Source: Macrostomum lignano (lineage: Eukaryota). Taken from it: a stretch of DNA of 64,000 nucleotides. The DNA is taken from contig NIVC01003469.1 of NCBI GenBank assembly GCA_002269645.1, forward strand, positions 32,377-96,376. The letters run 5' to 3'. Of this stretch, positions 1-12,433 are shown in pieces. Every line of letters starts with the position of its first letter. Position 1 is the stretch's first letter. The translations under genes and the position numbers were made by a program. A model generated the notes under the pieces. That model had not been told where the DNA came from, made no database searches, and saw only the letters and a list, made by a program, of their open reading frames with translations.

Positions 1-151
1 ACAAGATTAAAACAATAGAGAAGAATTTTTCTGATTGGTAGGAATAAAATACACATGGTTAATTACTATTAGTAGAATAATTAGATTACTTATACAACCC
101 TGCCTCAAATTTTTAAAACTAAAAGCAGGCCTATTTTGTATGGCACATAAG

Positions 152-937
152 TAGGCATTCCAATCCTTTTATTTTTTAGGGACTTGAAATTTTGGGATTT
201 ATGATCCTCGGGATTACAACAGTGCGGGATTGGGATCCCGGGATTCAAACTGATTTTAATTCTCTTTTTTCAACTAAAATAATCATGTAAAATTTGAAAA
301 AAAAGATTCAACTTTAAAAAATATGAAATAATACAACTGCAGCCTGCATGTCTGTATCGAAATCACACATAAAAAGTAGCAAAATTTGTTAGAGCACTTT
401 GTTAAGCAGAAATTTAATTTTTTTTTCATTTTCATAAAGTGTAATTTAATTTCACATGTTCATCTGTTGCGTGATGTCTAACACTGTAATGTGGCATTAA
501 ACATGACATTCACTTAGATAATTTACATTGATATTGCATAGCTAGCTATATAATCTATATTAAAACAAGTTATTATTGTTGTAATCAATTATTTTCAATT
601 ATCTTTTATGGATAAATATTATTAATAATTATCAAACAATTTTCTATTTCTAATTGTACAATAACTAAGCAAAGAGAAGTTTATTGCATAAATATACCAG
701 TTTAGACCATTAGCTATCATTATAAATATCATAATTATACTTTGTGGTCGTGGTGGAAGCTGGATGTAGATGTTTCAATACATTTGATATCGAGATCCTG
801 GGATTTTTTGAACTTCGAAGCAGGATCCCAGGATTACTCTCAGTCAGGATTTTCTAGGATCAATGATCCTGGGATTTTAGAGATTTCAGGATTTTCAAAT
901 TTTAGGATTGTAAATTGTTGGGATTTTTGAATCCCTA
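152..937. mobile_element. hAT-type non-autonomous element (MITE), 786 bp
   Basis: 8-bp TSD CACATAAG at 144-151 and 938-945; imperfect TIRs TAGGCATTCC / (rc) TAGGGATTCA; subterminal GGGAT(T/C) repeats at both ends. Confidence 0.75.
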
Positions 938-1079
938 CACATAAGTTTCCATAGGTAGTTCTATGTCATAAAAAGCACAAAAAGCTTTTGAAGACAAGCT
1001 ATATATTATCTGTGTATTAGTTCTATAGATATCTTATCAAAAGACTATATAAAAGATAGATAGGATTAAAGTTGTCTCT

Positions 1080-2250
1080 GCATTGTACAAGATAGTCTTG
1101 GTCACTGCCTGTAACAATGCCACTCTCTAGTAGTCAGGTAGGGCTTTAGACTGTAAGACTGCCTTCACAGAATGAAAGGCAACCCAAGCAAGCCTGTGGC
1201 AATGCAGCAAATTCTTGCAAATGCCAAGAACCAGACCACCTAGTCACACAAACTGCTGACAATGGGGAAGCTTTGTCGCCAGTCCATTAGCACTTCAACA
1301 CAAGATTGCAGCCTCACAGTTGTCTAGCATATAGAGCATGATGGTTTTCTGTGTGTTGACCTTGACCACCAGGTTGACACTTGCTGCAATAGCAATTAGC
1401 ATATCTAGTTAGCAGGGCAAGATAAGCCAAGCATACTGAGCCACCTCTCTAGTTAATATATTCTATGCATTAACACAATAGAGAGCCATTATTGTTGGTA
1501 AGAAAAGCAGTCCATACCACACAGTCAAGCACAAGAAAGAACAGGATTGGTATAAGAATATCTCCCTGAAGCACCCCAGAATATTTTCCAAATTATAATA
1601 GGCTGTCTAATGTTGAAATGGCAGCTTTTGTATTGAAGTACATTGCCATGATGGTAGAAATCAACTGCTCTGGCAGATTGTATTTACAGAGCACCTTTGG
1701 AAGCACAGACCTAACAACCAAGCTAAGTGCCTTCTTGAAATTATGAAGATGACAATCAGGATTGGCTGGCATGTCCGCGCCTCCTTGATGACTCAGCAAA
1801 GAGATCTACAATTTGCATCACTATGTCACAATGGGGCCAAAAGCCATTCTCTTCAGGACATAGGCATAGATCTAGCAACAGCTGCAACCACAATTATAGC
1901 ATCTAGTTGAACAACTTTGCAACGTAGGAGTCAAGACTAAAGGTAGATACTTCAATGATCCTCAAGCCTTGTGGTGTCTAGCTTCTTAGGAATTGTGATA
2001 ATATGTATATAGTGGTCCATTTTTTGGGTTGGATGCCTTTTTACTAAAGAACAATTCATCATTGGCCACTTCATTGGCCATACAATGGATAGGCCTATAT
2101 AGCACTTCAATAAGCATCTTGTCTAGACCCAGTGCTTTCCTGTCTGGTGACTATTAGGCAAGCCTCATAATGTCAACTATGCTAACTGGTGCTAAACTGA
2201 AACTTTTCTCTATTTGCAAAGGTAGGCCTATCTCTTGTAATAGCATTAGA
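1080..2250 (-). mobile_element. Heavily degraded non-LTR (RTE/CR1-like) reverse-transcriptase remnant; boundaries approximate
   Basis: Minus-strand peptide HNFKKALSLVVRSVLPKVLCKYNLPEQLISTIMAMYFNTKA resembles RT motif DFxKAFDSV..YGxP..LI..I..MY; further along KVNTQKTIML resembles GLxINxxKT; many stops. Confidence 0.55.
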
Positions 2251-4344
2251 CTGTTTGCCAATGAGGTAGTAGTGCATATTGACACAAACTAATACTATAT
2301 AATAGGCATCAAGCAACAATATAATATGCTTGTATTTCATATTGTACAATCTATAGGGGCTTAGTCATCCATAGAATATTATACTTATTTATGCAATAGA
2401 CCATAGATAGGCCTAGGCCCTATGGCTATTTGTTTTGTCTAGAGGCTAGAGGCTAGAGCTAGGTCTAACATTAACAATATTACTTTTTCTTTTCTTTCTA
2501 TCAAAATAGGCCTAGGCCAGGCTTATACCCATAATTTATAATTAGGCCCTGCCCCTAGCCTAGACCCTCGGAGTCTAGGACTTAGGACTAGGGGCCTAGG
2601 CCTAAGCGTAACCTAGGATTGCTGCTCTGCATTCTATTATATGGCCAATATGGTAAATATATATAACTTTGGCCAATTTGTTTTTTACCAATGTTAAACC
2701 AGTTTCAAAAAGTACATAAAGGGACTGGGGTGGCTGTACACTGATGACAAGTAGAATTATATACATATTATTTGCAGCCATTTGTTAGGCCTAATGTTAG
2801 CATTACTACCATTAGGCCTATATTTAAAGAATAAATTGACTTTGGACATAGCCATAAAGCCCATAAGTATAAATATTGTTGTGTGGCTGGCTTAAAACGT
2901 CTATAAAAATACAAGGCACAAGTCAAATGATATTAAGTCTGCAGATTATGCAGAGAAAAATGCAAGTGGTATGCCTAGCTGTTAAATACAATCGCAATCC
3001 TATTAGTTGCTGAATTCTAAAAATAGGCCCCCTATTTAACTCATACAAGCAATTATAAAGGCTTAACTACATCCCTCCACTAGTATCTATTGAACCCTAT
3101 ATATTACTTTGTATAAACGCCGTCGCCATCGATACGAGATACGAAGAAATATCGGAAAACTGCACTGGTCACGTGTTGAAAGACGAACGCAGCGCCGCGC
3201 AAGTAAAATAAAAACATTTTAAACAAATATTTTATTGGAAGTAAAAAATAACGCAGTAAATGCCTACAAACGATCAAGTACATATATATGCGTTACAAGT
3301 AAGGCAAAATAGCATTTTTTTAAAAAGAATTATTAATTTAGTAAAAATCGATAATAAAACTTATCGAAATTCAAAATAGCTTCGCATGTACGCTCGGATT
3401 TGTTTTGACTCTGACTTTCTGGGCCTCAAAAAAGCAATTTTAACGTTTTAATTTCTTTTATAGCAAGTTGAATATAGATTTAGCTATGAATTTTCTTATC
3501 CATGTATCAGAGTGGAATAAAAATTCTTTGCGAGGATAATCAATATTTTAATTTGCGTGCTAAAACCAAATAGTACTTTTGCGTTCTATAAGTTGTAGTA
3601 GTTATAGCACTATACAGAAAAAAAACAGATTGTCAATAAGTAAATCAAAGTCAATGAAAGCATCGATATTTGATGGTTTATGCATAGGATTATGTTTATT
3701 AAAGAGAAGTGTATCAAATACCAAAAAATACAGTATCTTACAAAACTTCTCTTCGCATGACGACTGAACAAAAATTAAGCCAGTAAGGCGGAAATACGGT
3801 AATAAAATAATGTTCATAAGGTTGCATTTGCATTAGATGAGTAATTAGAAAAAATCTACTCAAATTCGTAGTACGAGCGTATAAGTAGGCTAAAATGAGC
3901 TTCAAATTAAAAAAAGATATCGCTGAAAGTGCTACTCCTCACAATGGCTTGCACTGAAAAGTTTAAATAAATTAACAAGCATGTGTACTAGCGTACTATT
4001 CAAGGCTCACAGTCACAGTTATTGTCTTCATTGAGCAGAAATGTTCATGTGTTTATTTAACTCCGAGCTCTCCCTATTGACATTCGGACTACTCGGGGAA
4101 GTATTACCTGTTGGTTCCGGCCTTTTTGAGTCTCTGCTAATGCTACCGATTTTCTCTTGTATTTTTGCCACGGCGCGGTCAACTAAAGGCTTGGTGGTGG
4201 TCCGGGCAACTGAAAGTTAATAAATAAATTTCAGTTGTTCAGCTACAAAGCTTTCAAATGGGATTAAGAATGTGGGTCTCTTAAAGTTAATAAACTGGGC
4301 GCCTGTTGCTGGCGCCTCTGGTACTAAAAGCCCTGTTGCTAAAG

Positions 4345-5508
4345 CCTCTGGCGCTGCATAGTGCCCCTGGTGCTGGCGCCTCTGGTGCTGGTGCGCCTGG
4401 TGCTGGCGCCCCTGGTGCTGGCGCCTCTGGTGCTGGTGCGCCTGGTGCTGGCGCCCCTGGCGCTGCATAGTGCCCCTGGTGCTGGCGCCTCTGGTGCTGG
4501 TGCGCCTGGTGCTGGCGCCCCTGGCGCTGCATAGTGCCCCTGGTGCTGGCGCCTCTGGTGCTGGTGCGCCTGGTGCTGGCGCCCCTGGTGCTGGCGCCTC
4601 TGGTGCTGGCGCCCCTGGTGCTGGCGCCCCTAGTGCTGGCGCCCCTGGTGCTGGCGCCCCTGGTGCTGGCGCCTCTGGTGCTGGTGCGCCTGGTGCTGGC
4701 GCCCCTGGTGCTGGCGCCCCTGGTGCTGGCGCCCCTGGTGCTGGCGCCTCTGGTGCTGGTGCGCCTGGTGCTAAAGCCCCTGGTGCTAAAGCCCCTGGTG
4801 CTAAAGCCCCTGGTGCTAAAGCCCCTGGTGCTAAAGCCCCTGGTGCTAAAGCCCCTGGTGCTGGTGCGCCTGGTGCTAAAGCCCCTGGTGCTAAAGCCCC
4901 TGGTGCTAAAGCCCCTGGTGCTAAAGCCCCTGGTGCTAAAGCCCCTGGTGCTAAAGCCCCTGGTGCTAAAGCCCCTGGTGCTAAAGCCCCTGGTGCTAAA
5001 GCCCCTGGTGCTAAAGCCCCTGGTGCTAAAGCCCCTGGTGCTAAAGCCCCTGGTGCTAAAGCCCCTGGTGCTAAAGCCCCTGGTGCTAAAGCCCCTGGTG
5101 CTAAAGCCCCTGGTGCTAAAGCCCCTGGTGCTAAAGCCCCTGGTGCTAAAGCCCCTGGTGCTAAAGCCCCTGGTGCTAAAGCCCCTGGTGCTAAAGCCCC
5201 TGGTGCTAAAGCCCCTGGTGCTAAAGCCCCTGGTGCTAAAGCCCCTGGTGCTAAAGCCCCTGGTGCTAAAGCCCCTGGTGCTAAAGCCCCTGGTGCTAAA
5301 GCCCCTGGTGCTAAAGCCCCTGGTGCTAAAGCCCCTGGTGCTAAAGCCCCTGGTGCTAAAGCCCCTGGTGCTAAAGCCCCTGGTGCTAAAGCCCCTGGTG
5401 CTAAAGCCCCTGGTGCTAAAGCCCCTGGTGCTAAAGCCCCTGGTGCTAAAGCCCCTGGTGCTAAAGCCCCTGGTGCTAAAGCCCCTGGTGCTAAAGCCCC
5501 TGGTGCTA
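4345..5508. repeat. 15-bp minisatellite (GGTGCTAAAGCCCCT and GC-rich variant GGTGCTGGCGCCCCT)
   Basis: Direct reading; homogeneous block of roughly 50 units from ~4770 to 5508, variant units to the left. Confidence 0.95.
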
Positions 5509-5992
5509 CAGCAGCGCGCATAAGAGGAAATTTTGGTCAAAAATGCTTACCATAAGCACAAGTGTCTCCGGTCTCGATTAACAGTGCCAAAACCAGCAGT
5601 GTTGCAAGCGACAGAACGATCTGGCCAATCTGCATTACTTCGGTGTTTTTAGTTAACACTAATGCAGCTTAGAGGTACTGTAGCTACTACTAAAAGCATT
5701 ACTAATTTTATTTATTTAATGCGTCTTGAAACACGCTTTTATAAGCTTTGAAAGCAGATTCGGCAAGGTGACTCATTGCAAGATTTCCCATAGACAGCCA
5801 TAGGAATCTTTGAGCATAAGTTCGAATTCTATATTGCGAATGTTCTCTAATTATTAAAAACTCAAATAATTTTATGATTAATGAACATATTTCTGAGCCT
5901 TGCAAAACTAGACGCCCAAAATTGACAGTTCAATGTGTAGCTTATCTCTAGTTCCCTTTCCGCAGCTCAGTGCTGCAGCCAGGGAACCAGGC

Positions 5993-7257
5993 TGTAACCC
6001 TACTAGCACTACTGCAACCCTACTAGCACTACTGCAACCCTACTAGCACTACTGCAACCCTACTTAGCACTACTGTAACCCTACTAGCACTACTGCAACC
6101 CTACTAGCACTACTGCAACCCTACTTAGCATTACTGCAACCCTACTAGCACTACTGCAACCCTACTAGCACTACTGCAACCCTACTAGCACTACTGCAAC
6201 CCTACTAGCACTACTGCAACCCTACTAGCACTACTGCAACCCTACTAGCACTACTGCAACCCTACTAGCACTACTGTAACCCTACTAGCACTACTGTAAC
6301 CCTACTAGCACTACTGTAACCCTACTAGCACTACTGCAACCCTACTAGCACTACTGCAACCCTACTAGCACTACTGTAACCCTACTAGCACTACTGTAAC
6401 CCTACTAGCACTACTGCAACCCTACTAGCACTACTGCAACCCTACTAGCACTACTGCAACCCTACTAGCACTACTGCAACCCTACTAGCACTACTGCAAC
6501 CCTACTAGCACTACTGCAAACGTACTCGTACACTGTAACCCTACTAGCACTACTGCAAACGTACTCGTACACTGTAACCCTACTAGCACTACTGCAAACG
6601 TACTCGTACACTGCAACCCTACTAGCACTACTGCAACCCTACTTAGCATTACTGCAACCCTACTAGCACTACTGCAACCCTACTAGCACTACTGCAACCC
6701 TACTAGCACTACTGCAACCCTACTAGCACTACTGCAACCCTACTAGCACTACTGCAACCCTACTAGCACTACTGCAACCCTACTAGCACTACTGTAACCC
6801 TACTAGCACTACTGTAACCCTACTAGCACTACTGTAACCCTACTAGCACTACTGCAACCCTACTAGCACTACTGCAACCCTACTAGCACTACTGTAACCC
6901 TACTAGCACTACTGTAACCCTACTAGCACTACTGCAACCCTACTAGCACTACTGCAACCCTACTAGCACTACTGCAACCCTACTAGCACTACTGCAACCC
7001 TACTAGCACTACTGTAACCCTACTAGCACTACTGTAACCCTACTAGCACTACTGCAACCCTACTAGCACTACTGCAACCCTACTAGCACTACTGCAACCC
7101 TACTAGCACTACTGCAACCCTACTAGCACTACTGCAACCCTACTAGCACTACTGCAACCCTACTAGCACTACTGCAAACGTACTCGTACACTGTAACCCT
7201 ACTAGCACTACTGCAAACGTACTCGTACACTGTAACCCTACTAGCACTACTGCAACC
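5993..7257. repeat. 20-bp minisatellite ACTGCAACCCTACTAGCACT, left part (continues 11606-~11720 after the retrotransposon)
   Basis: About 63 units by direct reading; resumes immediately after the 3' LTR. Confidence 0.95.
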
Positions 7258-10200
7258 TGCTGCGGGCTGGCTTCTGCCCGAGCAGATTGAACTTTAATTT
7301 GTAATTGCCATAGACAAGTTTATTTGCCTGTACTGCGATTAGTTGGCGCAAGTGTCAAAGAGCCTTCGTGACAAAAAATAGAAACACATAAGTATTCAAG
7401 AAGACTCTGATAAGAGCAACGGCTGCAAGAGCCGAGAGTGCACGGCACACAACTTGCGTAAATATAACGCAATACAAAAGACAGACTTGTAACAGTGGCG
7501 TCGCAAGCAGTATGAAGAGCGGTGTGAAACAACCGTCGGCTACTGACAAGTCTCCTGCTTCGCCGCTCAAACACGCCAAAATGGTGGTGATGGCGGATGC
7601 TGAAGCACAAAGTCAGCCAATAAAAGGCTCGGATGGACCAGCGCGTGCGGTAGCTGGAGCTATGGAAATCGAGCGCCTGGAGTTAGGAAACAACTACTCC
7701 CGGTGGCTGGACAGATTTACAATCGTCGCGAAGTTCTACAGATGGGACTCGACGGCGAAGGCTCAGATGCTTCTGATGCGTCTCTCGACAGCATTGTACG
7801 ACACGCTCGCAGATCAAGCTTCTCCGAAGAAACCAAGTGAGTTGTCTTACTCGGAGATAGAAACAGCTCTGACAAGCATCCTGGTCCCAGCTACGTTTGT
7901 TCTGGCGGAAAGATACTCTTTCCAGCTGTGCTCTCGAAAGTCAGGGGAAAGCGTTCGCACATATGCGGAGCGAGTCCTCAAGGCTGCGGAGAAGTGCGAA
8001 TTTATAAACAAGGACGAGCGTCTGAGAGACCAATTTATTTGCGGACTGGCTGACCAAAACGTCATCGGCAAGCTGCTGGTCAAGGACCATCTGAGGCTCA
8101 GCTTCAAGGAGGCAGTTGCTGAGGCTGAAGCACATTCAGCATTAGTCTCAACGGACATCATGAAGAGTGCCCCGAAATCTGAAAATTCTGGGATAATGAG
8201 CATTGGAATGTTAAAATCGTCATCAAAACCGCGGATCAAGGGAGTGAATCGACAACAGTCACAGACTCAAAGCTCATCAAAATGCTCGCGCTGTGGAACA
8301 AGCCACGGAAAAGACGCGTGTCCAGCTTATGGAAAGACATGTCGTAAGTGTGGGAAGCAGAACCATTTTCAGAAAATGTGCCGCTCAAAGTTTGTTGTCC
8401 CGAACCAGAAAAACACAGCTGCAGTTCAGCACTTAGACGAGCACTCGCAGTCAGATCATGTCTTCATGGTTGGTGCAACTTCAAGGCAACCTTTGTCTAC
8501 GGATGCAGTCACAGTGACCCTTGACTTCATATCATCAAGTGATAAGGTATCAATTCCGTGCCAGGTGGATACTGGGGCAGCAGTTTCAGTTATGTCTGAC
8601 CGGGTCTGGAAGCAAATCGGCACCCCTGAACTGCAGCCTAGCAGCATCACTTTGACAGGATATACCGACGCGCATCAATTCAAAATGTTGGGCCATTTCA
8701 TCAGCAAAGTGAGTTACCAAAGAAAAGTGCACCGAATACCATTCAAAGTGGTTCGTTCTGATCGACCGTTTGCTCTACTCGGCAGGGACATTTTGACCAT
8801 AGAAATAGATTTCAGCAAGGCTGATGGAAGCGAAGCGACTAGAGTATTCAGAGCGAGACTAGAATTGATTCCGGATGCTCAGCCAAAGTACATCAAGGCA
8901 CGGTCGATCCCTTTTGCCTATAAAGATCGACTGAAAGATGAGATTGACAAGTTGCTAGCTGAGGGAATCATTGAGCCAGTGACTTTTTCTCAATGGGCCT
9001 CACCCATTGTCATCGTTCCTAAGGCTGATGGTAGGCTGAGACTCTGTGTGGACTACAAGCAAACATTGAATCCACAGCTCATGAAGGACAGTCATCCAAC
9101 ACCGACCCCGGAAGAAGCTTTCAGTACAGTAGCAGGATGCCGAATGTACACCATCTTGGACTTAAAAGCAGCGTACAACCAGGTGGAATTGGAGGAGGAC
9201 TCAAAGCCTCTCACGGTCATGTCTACACCTTTCGGCAACTACCAGTACAACCGTTTGGTGTTTGGGATACGGACTGCTCCGAGTATTTTCCAGCGCTACA
9301 TCAGTCAGGTCATACAGGATGTTGATGGTGCAATTGCCTACGTCGATGACATTTTAATTGGTGGTGAGTCAGAGAAGCAGCTTAAGGATCGTGAGAGTCA
9401 AGTGCGAGAGCGTCTGGAACAACATGGCCTCAAGGTCAACGAAGAGAAATGCCAGATTTGTCAGTCTCGGGTTCGCTTTCTCGGGTTTATCCTGGACAAT
9501 GGCATGATCCTGCCCGACCCGGAGAAAGTGAGAGCCCTGCAAGAAATGGAGACTCCCAAGACGATGGCAGAACTAGAATCGCTCATCGGACTCGTCAGGT
9601 TCAGTGGCCGGTTTGTGCCCAATCTGTCGCACTACCTGGAGCCGTTGACTCGATTAATGCGCGGCAGAAGAGAATTCCAATGGGATTCTGAGCAAGATGA
9701 AGCTTTTCAGCGTATCAAGTCCTTGCTGACAGAAGATTCAGCTCTGGCTAATTACGACCCCAAGAAACCTGTGGCTCTGGAGTGTGATGCTTCCCAAAAA
9801 GGACTGGGCGGAGTTCTGATTCAAGACAACAGACCGGTTTTGTACATCAGCAAGAGGTTATCAGAAGCCGAGAAGAAGTATTCTCAGATCGAAAGGGAGG
9901 CCCTTGCAATTGTCTGGTCAACTCAGAGGTGTCAGCGGTTCTTAGCGGGACGTCATTTCAAGCTGATCACGGATCACAGACCATTAACCTACATCTTTGG
10001 GCCGAACGAGGGCTTGCCTACGCGCGTATCAGCACGCCTTCAAAGATGGGCCATATCGCTAATGGCTTTTGACTACACCATCGAGTATCAACGGTCGCAG
10101 CTTATGAAATCAGACGCTCTGTCCCGGTTGCTTAACAACGAGACGGCTCGGACGTATACAATCGGGAGCATCCAACTACCCTCAACGATCATATCCATTC

Positions 10201-11605
10201 AAGAGGTTAGAGACCAATCACAGGATTGCCCAGAGATTGTTCTGTTAAAAAAAGCCATCCGGACGAGCAACTTTAACGACCCGAGAATCCGCCCCTACAA
10301 GGCAGTGGCGGACGAACTGACGATCGAGTCGGACGTGGTACTCCGGGAGATGCGAGTCATTCTTCCAAAGACGTTGCGGTTATCGGCAGTCCAAACGGCA
10401 CACAGCACACATCTAGGCATTGACCAAACCAAGTCACTGTTAAGAGCACAATTTTGGTGGCCCGGCTTGGATCGAGATGTAAAACAACTCATCGGAAATT
10501 GCAAGACGTGCAAAATGGTCAAGGCTAGCAATCGAAACTACCTAAAATCTTGGCCGACAGCAATGGACGCTGGAGAGCGCGTTCATGCGGATTTTGCGGG
10601 TCCAATAGATGGCCAATATTTGTTGGTGCTGGTGGACGCCATGTCGAACTACCCTGAGGTGCATCTGACCGCCAACATGGAGTCATCTACAGTCATCTCT
10701 AGGCTACGGAGAACTTTTTCGCAGTGGGGTGTGCCAAGGACACTTGTCACCGACAACGGCCCAAGCTTCGTCTCAGCTGAAACAACACAGTGGCTGAAAG
10801 CAATCGGGTGCAGCCATGTGACCACACCTCCATATCACCCTCAGAGCAACGGACTCGCAGAGAGATTTGTCCGCACAATGAAAGAATCTGTGTCAGCGTT
10901 GGGTCTGAGTCAACACAACATTGACAAGTTCCTACTGTTCTACCGATCATCCAAAGGAAACGATGGTCGCACACCGTCGGAGAAGTTTCTAGGTCGAAAC
11001 ATCCGGACTCCTTTGATGACAGAGTTTTCTGGAGATGACAATGTGGTGTACAGGACACAAGGAGCTACGTCACTAGCCAGAATCGTCCTGCCTACAGGCC
11101 GCAACACGGCAATCATCAAGCTTGAGAACGGCTTGTACAAGAAGGCTCACAGAGACCAGATACAGAGCTTCAAGGGCAGCGATGACAAGGACGTTGGCCC
11201 GGAACAAGCTACCACTGGTGCTGCTGGTGAGGTCGATCACCCTCCAGCTATGCGCCCTGGAGAAGAGGAGCGGGAGCAGCAGCAGCAGCAACCCAGAAGA
11301 AGTGAAAGACTGATGAACAGACCGACTGTGAATTATAAGGAGTGAACTGTAATTTTGAAGCAGGGAGGTGCTGCGGGCTGGCTTCTGCCCGAGCAGATTG
11401 AACTTTAATTTGTAATTGCCATAGACAAGTTTATTTGCCTGTACTGCGATTAGTTGGCGCAAGTGTCAAAGAGCCTTCGTGACAAAAAATAGAAACACAT
11501 AAGTATTCAAGAAGACTCTGATAAGAGCAACGGCTGCAAGAGCCGAGAGTGCACGGCACACAACTTGCGTAAATATAACGCAATACAAAAGACAGACTTG
11601 TAACA
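7258..11605 (+). mobile_element. Full-length Ty3/Gypsy LTR retrotransposon (Mag-like), 4348 bp
   Basis: Identical 237-bp LTRs (7258-7494, 11369-11605; TG..CA); 5-bp TSD CAACC (7253-7257, 11606-11610); PBS TGGCGTCGC at 7496; PPT GAAGCAGGGAGG 11357-11368. Confidence 0.97.
7512..11345 (+). CDS. gag-pol: Single gag-pol polyprotein, 1277 aa
   Basis: Two Zn knuckles (CSRCGTSH..C, CRKCGKQNHFQKMC), protease DTGA, RT YVDD, RNase H (CDAS..EREAL..TDHRPL), integrase HHCC plus D-D-E; order RT-RH-INT. Confidence 0.97.
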   Translation: MKSGVKQPSATDKSPASPLKHAKMVVMADAEAQSQPIKGSDGPARAVAGAMEIERLELGNNYSRWLDRFTIVAKFYRWDSTAKAQMLLMRLSTALYDTLADQASPKKPSELSYSEIETALTSILVPATFVLAERYSFQLCSRKSGESVRTYAERVLKAAEKCEFINKDERLRDQFICGLADQNVIGKLLVKDHLRLSFKEAVAEAEAHSALVSTDIMKSAPKSENSGIMSIGMLKSSSKPRIKGVNRQQSQTQSSSKCSRCGTSHGKDACPAYGKTCRKCGKQNHFQKMCRSKFVVPNQKNTAAVQHLDEHSQSDHVFMVGATSRQPLSTDAVTVTLDFISSSDKVSIPCQVDTGAAVSVMSDRVWKQIGTPELQPSSITLTGYTDAHQFKMLGHFISKVSYQRKVHRIPFKVVRSDRPFALLGRDILTIEIDFSKADGSEATRVFRARLELIPDAQPKYIKARSIPFAYKDRLKDEIDKLLAEGIIEPVTFSQWASPIVIVPKADGRLRLCVDYKQTLNPQLMKDSHPTPTPEEAFSTVAGCRMYTILDLKAAYNQVELEEDSKPLTVMSTPFGNYQYNRLVFGIRTAPSIFQRYISQVIQDVDGAIAYVDDILIGGESEKQLKDRESQVRERLEQHGLKVNEEKCQICQSRVRFLGFILDNGMILPDPEKVRALQEMETPKTMAELESLIGLVRFSGRFVPNLSHYLEPLTRLMRGRREFQWDSEQDEAFQRIKSLLTEDSALANYDPKKPVALECDASQKGLGGVLIQDNRPVLYISKRLSEAEKKYSQIEREALAIVWSTQRCQRFLAGRHFKLITDHRPLTYIFGPNEGLPTRVSARLQRWAISLMAFDYTIEYQRSQLMKSDALSRLLNNETARTYTIGSIQLPSTIISIQEVRDQSQDCPEIVLLKKAIRTSNFNDPRIRPYKAVADELTIESDVVLREMRVILPKTLRLSAVQTAHSTHLGIDQTKSLLRAQFWWPGLDRDVKQLIGNCKTCKMVKASNRNYLKSWPTAMDAGERVHADFAGPIDGQYLLVLVDAMSNYPEVHLTANMESSTVISRLRRTFSQWGVPRTLVTDNGPSFVSAETTQWLKAIGCSHVTTPPYHPQSNGLAERFVRTMKESVSALGLSQHNIDKFLLFYRSSKGNDGRTPSEKFLGRNIRTPLMTEFSGDDNVVYRTQGATSLARIVLPTGRNTAIIKLENGLYKKAHRDQIQSFKGSDDKDVGPEQATTGAAGEVDHPPAMRPGEEEREQQQQQPRRSERLMNRPTVNYKE

Positions 11606-12433
11606 CAACCCTACTTAGCACTACTGTAACCCTACTAGCACTATTGCAACCCTACTAGCACTACTGCAACCCTACTAGCACTACTGCAAACCTACTAGCA
11701 CCACTGTAATCCTATTATAGCGCCACTGTAGGTCTACTATGGCGCCATAAATATGATGCTTCCATCGCCACTAGAGTTTTGAATTTAATTCCTGTCCAGT
11801 GCCTGTCTATCGGGGCAAATTGAATAAAAGTCAGCAGATTCTGCGTTTCCTGCAGTTTCAGAGCTGTCCCAGAGTGTATTAGATAGGCTCAGATAAGCAC
11901 TGTGCAAGCATAATTGATTGCTAGTTCTAACCCAAAACACCGGATCAATCATAAAGTGGTATGGTTCCAGGGAGACAGAGTCAGTTCTGTCACGAGTATG
12001 CGAGCGTATTCAATAGTCTGTCAATAGTTTATATCAATATAAAATTGCAACATTAAAGAATAGAGATTATGTTTGGTCGCTTTTTACGAGGAGAAGCCAG
12101 AAACACTGTTCTAGATTATTATAGTTTAGGAGCATGTAACTAAAGCTAGACATAATCAGTAAAATAAAAGTTCAATTAAGTGTAGACTTACACTCAACGT
12201 ATTGTAATACATTTAATATAAAGTTTGACGTCAATGCACAATAATCGTAATGGTTATTAAAGCTTATGACGAGTTTTGTCTTCCAACTTGATCAACAAAT
12301 ACGGCTCGTAGTCTATATATGAATAAGCAAGATTGCCCAACCTGACATGGTCAGGCTGTTCAGAAGAAGCCAGTGCAAACCAATCATATTTGAGAGTCAT
12401 TCGTCGTTCTGTAGTCGATATTCGCCATCCCCA

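Noticed and set aside
4217-5555. Four long ORFs (collagen- or elastin-looking APGAL/GAKAP repeats)
   Set aside because: Produced by a stop-free 15-bp repeat open on both strands; no signal peptide, splice context or unique coding flanks
5993-7257. Telomere-like or CRISPR-like array
   Set aside because: AACCCT is only part of a 20-bp unit, and there are no unique spacers; no CRISPR array or cas gene anywhere in the window
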